Notes: generated from the sequence alone by a model not told the origin. A stretch of DNA of 64,000 bases from Sneathiella sp. (GCA_017643685.1 JAEPMY010000002.1:905-64904), one strand, 5' to 3'; counted from the first letter of the stretch, positions 50,998 through 60,031 are shown. Numbers and translations: made by a program.

Positions 50998-51784
50998 TCG
51001 TGCCCCCTTTAACAGAGGCCCGCCTGATAATCCCACCGCCAGCTGTATCTCTAACCGGCAGCTCAGTAACTTTGCTGCCCCTGTGAATGCGAAGGGCGCG
51101 CGGCGGAGTTGATATCACGGGTGCCTTGATTGGCTCTTTGTTTAAGATCTCCTTTAAAATTTGGTCAGCATCAATCTGATCAGAAGCTGCCAGTTGATCC
51201 GTTTGAACAAAGGTGAGTTTCCCGCTTCCTTGCGCCGTCAGATAGAGTTTCAACTGAGATTTAGGAATTTCCAGATGACGCTCACCTTCGGCGCTTTCCA
51301 ATACACGAAGGGAGGCGGCAATTTGAATAATTCGAGGAGCTGTCCCGGCAAGTGACAGGAAGATATCCAACCGCTCCCCATTGTGGAGGTCCTTAACATC
51401 CCCCGCGTTGGTCAAAGGTAGAAGCGCGTGATGGCGGCGGAGGGCAGATTTCAAAAATGCCGGATCAGCTTTTGAGATAAGCGACACTTTTTCAATAACT
51501 TGCCCTCGCTTGATCCCCCTTCCGACGGCGTAGGTTTTATTTTTGGTCTCACTTTTTATCAGAAAATCCTGTGTATCTTCCGTGTCCGGCATTCTGATCC
51601 ACCCCAAATCAGAGCCGCTGACAAGATCCCCCTGCTCATACGGCCTGTTGGCAACGGCAATATCAATCATTTTATGCGCCCTGATCTGTTTTGTTTCAGG
51701 GGCAGCCCAATAAGCGCGAGCGCCCAGAAAAGCGGCCCCCGACAGGCACAAAACGCAGAAGATGAAAAGAATTGCTGATCGCAT
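50987..51784 (-). CDS. cpaB: Flp pilus assembly protein CpaB (SAF domain)
   Basis: 265 aa with an N-terminal TM and a SAF-like region (VAVANRPYEQGDLVSGSDL), positioned between cpaA and cpaC. Confidence 0.83.
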   Translation of the reverse strand: MRSAILFIFCVLCLSGAAFLGARAYWAAPETKQIRAHKMIDIAVANRPYEQGDLVSGSDLGWIRMPDTEDTQDFLIKSETKNKTYAVGRGIKRGQVIEKVSLISKADPAFLKSALRRHHALLPLTNAGDVKDLHNGERLDIFLSLAGTAPRIIQIAASLRVLESAEGERHLEIPKSQLKLYLTAQGSGKLTFVQTDQLAASDQIDADQILKEILNKEPIKAPVISTPPRALRIHRGSKVTELPVRDTAGGGIIRRASVKGGTNAR

Positions 51785-51805
51785 AACAAACGCGCCAATC
51801 GACTG

Positions 51806-52318
51806 TTAAATTTTAAGTAAAATCATGATCGCAGCGAGGGAGATAGGAATGCCATAAGGAATAGAGCGGGCAGTTGGATAACAGTTCTGCAGATCCGGCC
51901 TTGATAATAAATAAGCTGCGCCCATCCACATCAGCCTTGGCAACGGAAGGAAAACAAATACCGAAAACCCAATGCCGAAAATCGCAAGCCATGTCAGAAA
52001 GTCACCCATAGCGGATAGGCCGACAATAACAGCCGATACAACGATTAATTTAACATCGCCTGCGCCCATTTTGCGCTTTACATAAAGCGGAAACAAGCTC
52101 AGCAGGCAGAGAAGCCCCAGACCAGCATCCCACAAAAAATCCGACACCCCACGGGTCATGATTAGATAAGGAACAGCCCCACAAAGAAGTATCACCAAAG
52201 ATTGATTGGGGATGCGCCGATGCAAACCATCACAGATACCGATATATCCATTTAAAAAAACCGCAAATAGGGTGAAAACGAACGCAAAACTGTCCCCCTC
52301 GACATTCAGGTTCAACAT
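51806..52318 (-). CDS. cpaA: Prepilin peptidase CpaA/TadV (A24 family)
   Basis: 170 aa polytopic membrane protein with catalytic Asp contexts ICDGLHRRIPN and MGAGDVKL. Confidence 0.85.
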   Translation of the reverse strand: MLNLNVEGDSFAFVFTLFAVFLNGYIGICDGLHRRIPNQSLVILLCGAVPYLIMTRGVSDFLWDAGLGLLCLLSLFPLYVKRKMGAGDVKLIVVSAVIVGLSAMGDFLTWLAIFGIGFSVFVFLPLPRLMWMGAAYLLSRPDLQNCYPTARSIPYGIPISLAAIMILLKI

Positions 52319-52344
52319 TCGTTTTCACCTCCCCTCAAACACAG

Positions 52345-52554
52345 TTAGTCGAACTGACCTCCGCTCCCGCTTCCACTTCCGGAACCACTACCGTCATCTT
52401 CGGCCATGATCCCGTCGAAGAAACTTCCAAGATCGGAATAAAATCCTGTGGCAACGCCGCCAACCGTCGCTGCGGCTGCGGACGCGAGCAACGCATATTC
52501 AACGGCTGTCACGCCGTCTTCTTCTTTTAAGAATGTGGATATCAGCTTTTTCAT
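52345..52554 (-). CDS. flp: Flp family type IVb pilin with an acidic (Gly-Ser)5 C-terminal tail
   Basis: 69 aa. The Flp motif EEDG/VTAVEYALLASAAA is present, and a strong RBS (GGGGG) lies upstream. It is the first gene of the tad operon. The C-terminus is AEDDGSGSGSGSGSGGQFD. Confidence 0.9.
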   Translation of the reverse strand: MKKLISTFLKEEDGVTAVEYALLASAAAATVGGVATGFYSDLGSFFDGIMAEDDGSGSGSGSGSGGQFD

Positions 52555-52969
52555 AAATTACCCCCTAGCAAAAAGCCGCTGAACAAGTTATCAAAAGCCA
52601 CGCGAAAGATGAGTTCCCGCCTCAAACTCTGGGCCTAAGATGACGTGGATTGTGAATTGAGATTTATTGGGGTGTCATCAAATTAATACCTCTCAATTTT
52701 ATTAATTTTATAATTTGATTAATCTGATTTTTAAAATTTCAGGCTTGTTTTAGGCAGATTCCGGGAGATTATTTGTCAGAACTAATTTTTGTATTATTAT
52801 TTACTTCATGTTTATTATATGAATTATTCATCAAGTAAATAATACTTAAAAGATGTGATATTCATCTCATTGATTATTGCCGTAGAATCATATGTAAGAA
52901 GGAATTCACAATCGAATGTTACTTTCCTGATGAATTCGAGTTTCTAACCCGTTATACAGGGGGCTGAGC
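52555..52969. promoter_or_regulatory. AT-rich divergent control region between flp and the glycosyltransferase gene
   Basis: This 415-bp non-coding stretch is much more AT-rich than its flanks and has many ATTAAT / TTAAT / TATAAT-like words. An exact 11-bp inverted repeat pairs GATTGTGAATT (52648..52658) with AATTCACAATC (52903..52913). Confidence 0.45.
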
Positions 52970-53002
52970 TTGAGTAAGGTAAAACGGGACCGGGGGGCAC
53001 TT

Positions 53003-54238
53003 ATGAGCACCAACACCGAAGCACGGCGCATTTTGATCTACAGCCATGACAGTTTTGGTCTTGGCCACCTAAGGCGCTGCCGAACCCTCGCCCATGCGCT
53101 GGTGGAGCAAAACCAGAATTTATCTGTTTTGATCCTGTCTGGCTCTCCTATCATTGGCAGCTTTGATTTCCGGGCCCGCGTTGATTTTGTCCGCATTCCC
53201 GGCATTATCAAGCTCAGAAATGGTGAATATACCTCCCTTAGCCTGCATATTGACACCGAACAGACGCTGGCCATGCGCGCGTCTATTATCCAGCACACGG
53301 CTGAAACGTTTGATCCAGATATCTTCATCGTTGATAAAGAGCCTTTTGGCCTGCGCGGTGAGGTCGAAGATACCCTTAAAATGCTGAAAGAGCGTGGAAC
53401 ACGTCTTGTGCTGGGTCTTCGTGATGTGCTGGATGATCCGTCCCTTCTTGTACCGGAATGGGAACGGAAAAATGTTCTACCCGCATTGAATAATCTCTAT
53501 GATGATATTTGGGTTTTTGGTGTAGAACAGCTCTATAACCCATTGAAAGAATTGAACCTTCCGGCTGGCGTGAAACGTAAAATCACCTATACGGGATATC
53601 TGCCACGCACCGTTCAACAATCGGCCGAACCTGCCATTTTGGAAGAAATGGATAAGCCCTACTTACTGGTTACTGTGGGCGGCGGCGGCGATGGGGATCT
53701 GCTCACCGATTGGGTTCTGCGTGCTTATGAAGCGGATAAAAACATGCCGCTGAACGCCCTTTTTGTTCTGGGGCCATTCATGCCACCAGAGGTGCGCGCA
53801 AACTTCCGGGAGCGGATCAGCAAACTGGAGAATGCCACAGCCGTAACCTTTAACAATAACATGGAAAGCCTGATGTCGAACGCAGAGGCAGTGGTGGCCA
53901 TGGGTGGTTACAACACCTTCTGTGAAGTGATTTCCATGGATAAACGAGCGCTGATTATCCCGCGCACCGTCCCCCGGCTGGAGCAGTATATCCGGGCGAC
54001 ACGGGCCGCGGAACTTGGACTGATCAGTGTTCTGGTAGATGATGAAGTACGGGATGCAGACACAATGGCAACCGCGCTTAAACAGCTTTGTCAGCAGAAA
54101 AAACCATCGGAAGTTGTCATTCCGGGATTGCTGGATGGATTGATAAATGTCAATCGCCTTGCTCGTCTCCGCTTTGAAGAGCGCGATCGCGCCCGTGAGG
54201 AAATTCAGCTGAAACTTGGCAAACAATCCCGAATGTGA
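53003..54238 (+). CDS. GT-B glycosyltransferase (GT28 C-terminal-domain / MurG-like, COG4671-type)
   Basis: The N-terminus RILIYSHDSFGLGHLRRCRTLAHAL and the C-terminal half VTVGGGGDG...AMGGYNTFCE are typical of MurG-like GT-B enzymes. The ORF opens with TTG at 52970; the ATG at 53003 follows a GGGGGG RBS-like run. Confidence 0.78.
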   Translation: MSTNTEARRILIYSHDSFGLGHLRRCRTLAHALVEQNQNLSVLILSGSPIIGSFDFRARVDFVRIPGIIKLRNGEYTSLSLHIDTEQTLAMRASIIQHTAETFDPDIFIVDKEPFGLRGEVEDTLKMLKERGTRLVLGLRDVLDDPSLLVPEWERKNVLPALNNLYDDIWVFGVEQLYNPLKELNLPAGVKRKITYTGYLPRTVQQSAEPAILEEMDKPYLLVTVGGGGDGDLLTDWVLRAYEADKNMPLNALFVLGPFMPPEVRANFRERISKLENATAVTFNNNMESLMSNAEAVVAMGGYNTFCEVISMDKRALIIPRTVPRLEQYIRATRAAELGLISVLVDDEVRDADTMATALKQLCQQKKPSEVVIPGLLDGLINVNRLARLRFEERDRAREEIQLKLGKQSRM

Positions 54239-54279
54239 AAAACTCCGTTTGGGTGCTCTAACTTCAAGCGATCATAAAA

Positions 54280-54615
54280 ATGCGCAAACTGCTGAAAAAC
54301 ATAACATTTAGTCTGATTTTCTGCCTTTTTGGCACGGCCGCTGCACAGGCAACTTCCTACAATGCCAAAGAGTGCCGCGCCACCATTCAGGAAATTTACG
54401 AGAATATCGATATCGGTAAACTCACACTGAAATCAGATAGCTTTCTGCCAATTTATGGTGGTTTCGGCGACAGCGGTACGATCACAGGGTACGAAACCTG
54501 GTATTCCTTTAATGAATGCAAAGGAAATCTGGTTATTCACGTGGATAAAAGCTGCACTTTTGCGCAAACCTACTCCACAACTGAGTGTGAAATTGAAGGT
54601 ATTCCCCACTACTAA
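54280..54615 (+). CDS. Small secreted Cys-containing protein, function unknown
   Basis: 111 aa with the signal peptide MRKLLKNITFSLIFCLFGTAAAQA and four Cys in the mature part. I recognise no family. Confidence 0.5.
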   Translation: MRKLLKNITFSLIFCLFGTAAAQATSYNAKECRATIQEIYENIDIGKLTLKSDSFLPIYGGFGDSGTITGYETWYSFNECKGNLVIHVDKSCTFAQTYSTTECEIEGIPHY

Positions 54616-54629
54616 GGGAATGCCGTTAG

Positions 54630-56282
54630 TCACCTGATTTTCACCAAATCCATTTTGGCAAGCCATCCTGCGAACAGGATGGTGTAACGCGGATTTGTCC
54701 CAAGCAGGATCGCGGCATCGGCCACTGTCTTGGGGCCCTCCGACGACAGGGTTTGCAGCAAGGCTTCCAGCTTTTCATCATCTGGCAGCATGTGAGACAC
54801 GCCCCGTGTTAATCCATGCTTACTATATTGAGATACGCGGCCTGCCGCACCGTCCTGATATTCTAGGATGCTTTTCGCGGTGATCAATTCTGTCGGATAA
54901 TGTTCGAAAGTTGCAAATGGATCATCCACCAGAGGGTTAGCGCAGCGCCTCACTCCAACAGGTTCTTTAGGCCGGCGCGCGGCCAAATCGGCCCATAAAT
55001 CCTGGTATTTTGGAACGAGAACCGACCAATCAAAGGTTTTTCGGACATACTCGTAGCCCGCCTGTCCCATTTTCTGGCGCTTTTCATCATTTTCAATCAG
55101 GTCAAGATACTGGGCTGCACAATGATCGGTATCCACATTTGTAAAAAGGCTCGCTTGTCCAATATACCGGTCATAACTATCGATACCGCCGCTATAGCGA
55201 TAGGAAAGCGCTATGCCGCTCCCCGCTTCTGGCATTTGGGTTTTCACCAGAAGGCTTTCCGCGCCGTCCCGCATTGTCTCGCGATACCCATCCCAATCCG
55301 TTGCCACGACCGGAAGCCCCGCAGCCATAGCCTCAATCGGGGTGATGCCGAAGGTTTCCTGAATATTATCACTAAGCGTCGTGAAAACATCAGCCACATG
55401 CCAAATATGCTGCCGCACCGCCGGTAAACGCCCATCAATAAAAATAGCATTCACAGAAGGGCAAAACTCCTCCGCCCCTTGTTTAAAGACTTCTCCAATG
55501 GTCGGAGACGCGAACCAGCCAGCCTGAATAAGGTGAATTTTTTTAGATGTTTTCTGAGCCGCTTTCTCAAGCGCATGATACATGGGAAGCGGATGCGCCT
55601 TAGCGTGGGAGGCCAACCGCCCCACAAACAGAAACACAACATCTCCGTCGTTAATGCCATGCTCCGCCTTGAATTTTTTCACAAACGGTGCTGTCGCCTT
55701 TGTTTTTTCAAAGTCATCGCAGTTAATACCAAGCGGAATAACGGGCAATTGCGCGCGAACTTTCGGCTTTCCGCCGGTTCTCTCTTTTAAATATTCTGCC
55801 CAGTTTTCGTGTATATGCTCGGCTGTTTTCCGAACTGAATGAGACGTACAGATAAGCGCATCCCATTCTTCAACAGGGCCTGTAATCAGATCCGCAATAG
55901 ACTGCATTGCCTCCGCTGAGCAGGTGGTGTGCGTCAAGCCGCAAAGGGAGAAACTGCCTGCATTGAAATGCCGACGCTGCCACGCGAAGGGTGCAATGGA
56001 GGGGCCAGAATAAAAAAGACTGCCAGCTTGGCTGAGCTCCTGGATGCGATTTGCCGAAATCCAGTTATATTCCGCCGGCTTTTTCAGATACCCCTGCACC
56101 TGATCACGGAACATTTTGAACTTTCCCGGATGATCGGTGAAGCCGTGAAATACCTCAACGCCGGAATGCAGCGCGAACCCTTTTAAAAAGCTCTCCCCTG
56201 CGGCTTGTCGGCCCAACAGGCGATTACCATTGGTTTTAAAGCCATCCGCTTCATAGAAAATGGCTGCGTTCCGCGTTGTCAT
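54630..56282 (-). CDS. Family 4 (GT-B, group 1) glycosyltransferase with a C-terminal extension of about 110 aa
   Basis: 550 aa with the EX7E-type motif ETFGITPIEAMAAGLPVVATDWDGYRE. Confidence 0.8.
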   Translation of the reverse strand: MTTRNAAIFYEADGFKTNGNRLLGRQAAGESFLKGFALHSGVEVFHGFTDHPGKFKMFRDQVQGYLKKPAEYNWISANRIQELSQAGSLFYSGPSIAPFAWQRRHFNAGSFSLCGLTHTTCSAEAMQSIADLITGPVEEWDALICTSHSVRKTAEHIHENWAEYLKERTGGKPKVRAQLPVIPLGINCDDFEKTKATAPFVKKFKAEHGINDGDVVFLFVGRLASHAKAHPLPMYHALEKAAQKTSKKIHLIQAGWFASPTIGEVFKQGAEEFCPSVNAIFIDGRLPAVRQHIWHVADVFTTLSDNIQETFGITPIEAMAAGLPVVATDWDGYRETMRDGAESLLVKTQMPEAGSGIALSYRYSGGIDSYDRYIGQASLFTNVDTDHCAAQYLDLIENDEKRQKMGQAGYEYVRKTFDWSVLVPKYQDLWADLAARRPKEPVGVRRCANPLVDDPFATFEHYPTELITAKSILEYQDGAAGRVSQYSKHGLTRGVSHMLPDDEKLEALLQTLSSEGPKTVADAAILLGTNPRYTILFAGWLAKMDLVKIR

Positions 56283-56375
56283 ATAGGATTTCCCCCTTGC
56301 CCCTTATCTCCTCGCGTGGGCGAAGATTAGCATAGAGAGATTAGGAAACGCAGCCTTAGATTTGGTTAATTTGTA

Positions 56376-57452
56376 TTAGAGATCAAAATCGACAATCACA
56401 TCCTCGGTAATCGGGTGTGACTGACAGGTGAGAACATAACCTTCCTCAACCTCATCATCCTCAAGGGCATAATTCACATCCATGCGGACCTCGCCCTGAA
56501 TAACTTTCGCACGGCATGTGCAGCAAACGCCGCCTTTACATGCAAAGGGAACATCCACATCTGCCTGCAATGCCGCATCCAAAATGGAAACGCCGTCTTC
56601 GGGGATCGTAACCGTTGTCTGATGCCCATCCATGATGACGGTAACCGCATGCCGCGGCCCGGAAGCTTCACTAGTTTCTTTCTTCGGGGCGTTAGAGGCC
56701 GCAATGGCGGCATCGGTCACGAACAGTTCGAAATGAATATGATCTTCTGACATCCCCTGATTTTTCAGGAAGTCTTTCACATCCATAATCATCTGCTCAG
56801 GGCCGCATAGGAATGCGTCATCCAGGCGGGACCTGTCGATAATACCACCAAACAAATCCCCGCATTTTTCTGCGGTGATACGCCCGTTGAAAATGTCGCT
56901 ATCCTGTGGCTCCCGGCTCAGGATATGAACCGCATTAAACCGTTTCGGATATTTGTTCTTCAAGTCCTCAAGCGTCTCAAGGAATAGGATGCTGCCAACA
57001 GTCCGGTTCCCATAAATCAGCGTAAAGGTGCTGTTTGGCTCGGTTGTCAGGGTTGTCTTAATGATGGACATGATCGGCGTAATGCCACTTCCAGCCGCAA
57101 CGGCCAGATAGTTTTTGGCATTGCTCGGCGACAGCGGCGTGAAGAAGCGGCCCTGCGGGACCATCACGTCAATTTCCTGCCCTTTTGCAAAATTCTGATT
57201 GGCAAAGGAAGAAAACTTACCGTTCTCGATCTGTTTGATCGCTACCTGAAGGCATCCTTCATCCACTCCGGTGCAGATGGAGTAAGAACGGCGTAGTTCC
57301 TCACCGTCTATCGTGGATTTCAGGGTAAGGTGCTGACCTTGTGTGAATTTATATTCTTTCTTGAGCGCCTCTGGCACGTCAAAGGTTACAGAAATCGCGT
57401 CATCAGTCTCCCTGACGACCTCTGCAATCTTCAGGCTGTGAAAGATTGTCAT
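56376..57452 (-). CDS. paaE: Phenylacetyl-CoA 1,2-epoxidase reductase subunit PaaE
   Basis: 358 aa with an FNR-like FAD/NAD module (RSYSIC, AAGSGITP) and a C-terminal plant-type ferredoxin (CKGGVCCTCRAKV...LTCQ). Confidence 0.92.
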   Translation of the reverse strand: MTIFHSLKIAEVVRETDDAISVTFDVPEALKKEYKFTQGQHLTLKSTIDGEELRRSYSICTGVDEGCLQVAIKQIENGKFSSFANQNFAKGQEIDVMVPQGRFFTPLSPSNAKNYLAVAAGSGITPIMSIIKTTLTTEPNSTFTLIYGNRTVGSILFLETLEDLKNKYPKRFNAVHILSREPQDSDIFNGRITAEKCGDLFGGIIDRSRLDDAFLCGPEQMIMDVKDFLKNQGMSEDHIHFELFVTDAAIAASNAPKKETSEASGPRHAVTVIMDGHQTTVTIPEDGVSILDAALQADVDVPFACKGGVCCTCRAKVIQGEVRMDVNYALEDDEVEEGYVLTCQSHPITEDVIVDFDL

Positions 57453-57461
57453 TATTTTATC

Positions 57462-57965
57462 CTAGACACATTTGAAATAGTCGAACGGTTCCATACAGTC
57501 ATTACATTTATACAGCGCTTTGCACGCTGTGGAACCGAATTCACTGACAATTGAGGTGTTTTGTGATCCACATTGCGGGCAGGATACCGGATCGATACCC
57601 AGCATTGCACCCTTAGATCCCACGTCCGAAGGCGGCGCAATCCCATACTCCCGCATTCTCTCCCGCCCCCGCTCGGTGATCATATCCGAACTCCAAGCAG
57701 GAGATAGCACGGTTTTAATTTCCACATCGCCATAGCCATGCAGCTTTAATGTGGTGCTGATGTCGTTTGAAATATGCTCCATCGCGGGACAGCCGGAATA
57801 TGTCGGGGTGATGGACACGATGACCTTCTCCCCTTCGATATCCACGTCACGGATAATGCCCATATCCTCTACGGTCAGAACCGGAATTTCCGGATCCTTG
57901 ACCATTTCCAGAATGGCACCAACCGCCGCTTTGTCATATTGCGGTGCAGGTAGTGTCATCGGCAC
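57462..57965 (-). CDS. paaD: Phenylacetyl-CoA epoxidase assembly subunit PaaD
   Basis: 167 aa with a DUF59/SufT-like N-domain (DPEIPVLTVEDMGIIRDV) and a C-terminal Cys cluster (CPQCGS...CNDC). Confidence 0.9.
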   Translation of the reverse strand: MPMTLPAPQYDKAAVGAILEMVKDPEIPVLTVEDMGIIRDVDIEGEKVIVSITPTYSGCPAMEHISNDISTTLKLHGYGDVEIKTVLSPAWSSDMITERGRERMREYGIAPPSDVGSKGAMLGIDPVSCPQCGSQNTSIVSEFGSTACKALYKCNDCMEPFDYFKCV

Positions 57966-58724
57966 TTACCAGCTTGCATCCGGATAGGCACGTGGCAGGA
58001 ATTGCATTTCCGCCAGCAGATAGCCCAGATGCTCGGAATGTTTTCCCTCCCGGCTGCCGCGAACTTCCCATGTCACGTCAGGACGTTTCAGGGTAGCCTC
58101 CGTCAGGATGGCATTAATACGGGCATCCCATTCATCCCGAAGGGTCGAAACATCGACACCGATCCCGGCATCCACCATGGCCTGCTCAACCGCATCCATA
58201 TCAAACATCTCAGGGGTGAAGCCCCAAAGCTGATCCAAGGCATTTTGCATCCGCTCATGGCTTTCATCTGTTCCATCCCCAAGACGGATCACCCAGTCGC
58301 TGCTATGGCGAACGTGGTATTTGATCTCTTTCAGAGATTTAGCCGCAATCTCTGAAATTGTCTGATCTTTGGACTTCACCAAAGCTTCAAATTGAAGCTG
58401 CTGAAACAGATCAAAATAAAGCTGACGCGCCATTGTGACCGCAAAATCTCCATTTGGTTGCTCAACCAAAAGAAGGTTGCGCCAATCCTGCGCATCACGG
58501 TGATAAGCCAGCTTGTCTTCGTCACGGCCTGCGCCTTCAACTTTACCCGCATAATCCAGGATCAGGCGCGCCTGACCGACAAGGTCCAGCCCCACATTCA
58601 TCAGGGCCATTTCCTCTTCCAGAACAGGTGCTTTGCCGCACCATTCTGCAAGCCGCTGGCTTAAGATAACGCAGTTATCACCAAGGCGCAGAAGATATTC
58701 GAATAGCATCTCTTTATCAGTCAT
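57966..58724 (-). CDS. paaC: Phenylacetyl-CoA epoxidase subunit PaaC
   Basis: 252 aa with a ferritin-like fold (LLRLGDNCVILSQRLAEWCG), positioned between paaB and paaD. Confidence 0.9.
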   Translation of the reverse strand: MTDKEMLFEYLLRLGDNCVILSQRLAEWCGKAPVLEEEMALMNVGLDLVGQARLILDYAGKVEGAGRDEDKLAYHRDAQDWRNLLLVEQPNGDFAVTMARQLYFDLFQQLQFEALVKSKDQTISEIAAKSLKEIKYHVRHSSDWVIRLGDGTDESHERMQNALDQLWGFTPEMFDMDAVEQAMVDAGIGVDVSTLRDEWDARINAILTEATLKRPDVTWEVRGSREGKHSEHLGYLLAEMQFLPRAYPDASW

Positions 58725-58739
58725 AATCTGACCCCCAGC

Positions 58740-59033
58740 TTACATATGGCCGACTTCGTCGGGGATATTATAGAAAGTTGGGTGACGATACATTTTGTCG
58801 TCATTCGGATCATAGAAAGAGGCTTTATCCTCTGGCTGAGACGCCACAACATTATCAGTTTTCACAACCCAGATGCTGACACCTTCGCTTCGGCGTGTGT
58901 AAACGTCACGGGCATTTGTCAGTGCCATTTCATCATCAGAGGCATGCAGACTTCCCACATGTTTATGGTGCAGGCCATTTTTGCTACGGATGAAAACCTC
59001 GTAAAGGGGCAGTTCACTTGCTGTATTGCTCAT
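58740..59033 (-). CDS. paaB: Phenylacetyl-CoA epoxidase subunit PaaB
   Basis: 97 aa with the highly conserved LYEVFIRSKNGLHHKHVGSLHA...IWVV. Confidence 0.93.
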   Translation of the reverse strand: MSNTASELPLYEVFIRSKNGLHHKHVGSLHASDDEMALTNARDVYTRRSEGVSIWVVKTDNVVASQPEDKASFYDPNDDKMYRHPTFYNIPDEVGHM

Positions 59034-59056
59034 CTTGATTATCCTCTATAGCTCTT

Positions 59057-60031
59057 TTAGGCGGCCTGCTTGGCAGCGCGTTTTTTCCGTTTTTCAGCGT
59101 AAGCCAGGGCCGCATCGCGCACCCATTTACCGCCATCATGGGCATCGCGGCGTGTTTGCAGACGTTCGCGGTTACAAAGGCCATTCCCGGCAACCACATT
59201 GGCAAACTCGTCCCAATCGATTTCGCCCCAGTCATAAGACTGTTTTTCTTCATTCCATTTCAATTTGTCATCTGGAATAGTCAGATCGAGATATTCAGCC
59301 TGCGGCACGGTCGCATCAATGAAACGCTGACGCAGCTCATCGTTGGAGGTGCGCTTGATCTTCCATTTCATATTCTGTGTGGAATGGGTGCTTTCGCTAT
59401 CATGTGGGCCGAACATCATCAGGGCTGGCCACCACCAACGGTTCAGCGCATCCTGCGCCATCGCCTTTTGCTCTTTGGTGCCTTCCGCCATGACCATCAT
59501 AATCTCGTAGCCTTGACGCTGATGGAAGCTTTCTTCTTTACAGACTTTCACCATTGCGCGGGCATAGGGACCGTAAGAACAGCGACAAAGTGCAATCTGA
59601 TTTGTAATCGCAGCGCCATCCACAAGCCAGCCAATAGCCCCAACATCCGCCCAGTTCAGGGTTGGATAGTTAAAGATAGACGAATATTTCGCCTTGCCAG
59701 TATGCAACTGCTCATACATTTCATCGCGAGAAATACCGAGAGTTTCTGCGGCGCTGTAAAGATAAAGGCCGTGCCCGCCCTCATCCTGAATTTTCGCCAT
59801 CAGAACGCCTTTACGCTTCAATGAAGGCGCACGGGTCAGCCAGTTCCCTTCTGGCAGCATACCAACAACTTCGGAATGGGCATGCTGGGACATCTGGCGG
59901 ATCAAAGTCCGGCGATACCCCTCAGGCATCCAATCCTTTGGCTCAATTTTCAGCTCTGCATCAACTTTTGCCTGAAAGGCCTCATTCAGCGCTATTTCTT
60001 CGCGATCATCAGTCACAGGAGAAACCATCAC
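59057..60031 (-). CDS. paaA: Phenylacetyl-CoA epoxidase catalytic subunit PaaA
   Basis: 324 aa di-iron protein with motifs [16 protein letters not shown] and EESFHQRQG. Confidence 0.95.
   Translation of the reverse strand: MMVSPVTDDREEIALNEAFQAKVDAELKIEPKDWMPEGYRRTLIRQMSQHAHSEVVGMLPEGNWLTRAPSLKRKGVLMAKIQDEGGHGLYLYSAAETLGISRDEMYEQLHTGKAKYSSIFNYPTLNWADVGAIGWLVDGAAITNQIALCRCSYGPYARAMVKVCKEESFHQRQGYEIMMVMAEGTKEQKAMAQDALNRWWWPALMMFGPHDSESTHSTQNMKWKIKRTSNDELRQRFIDATVPQAEYLDLTIPDDKLKWNEEKQSYDWGEIDWDEFANVVAGNGLCNRERLQTRRDAHDGGKWVRDAALAYAEKRKKRAAKQAA

Noticed and set aside
52555-52969. CtrA-type boxes (TTAA-N7-TTAA) in the flp promoter region, as seen for pilA in Caulobacter.
   Set aside because: Many TTAA words are present, but I found no pair with the required 7-nt spacing on either strand by eye. 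A proper matrix scan would be needed before claiming one.
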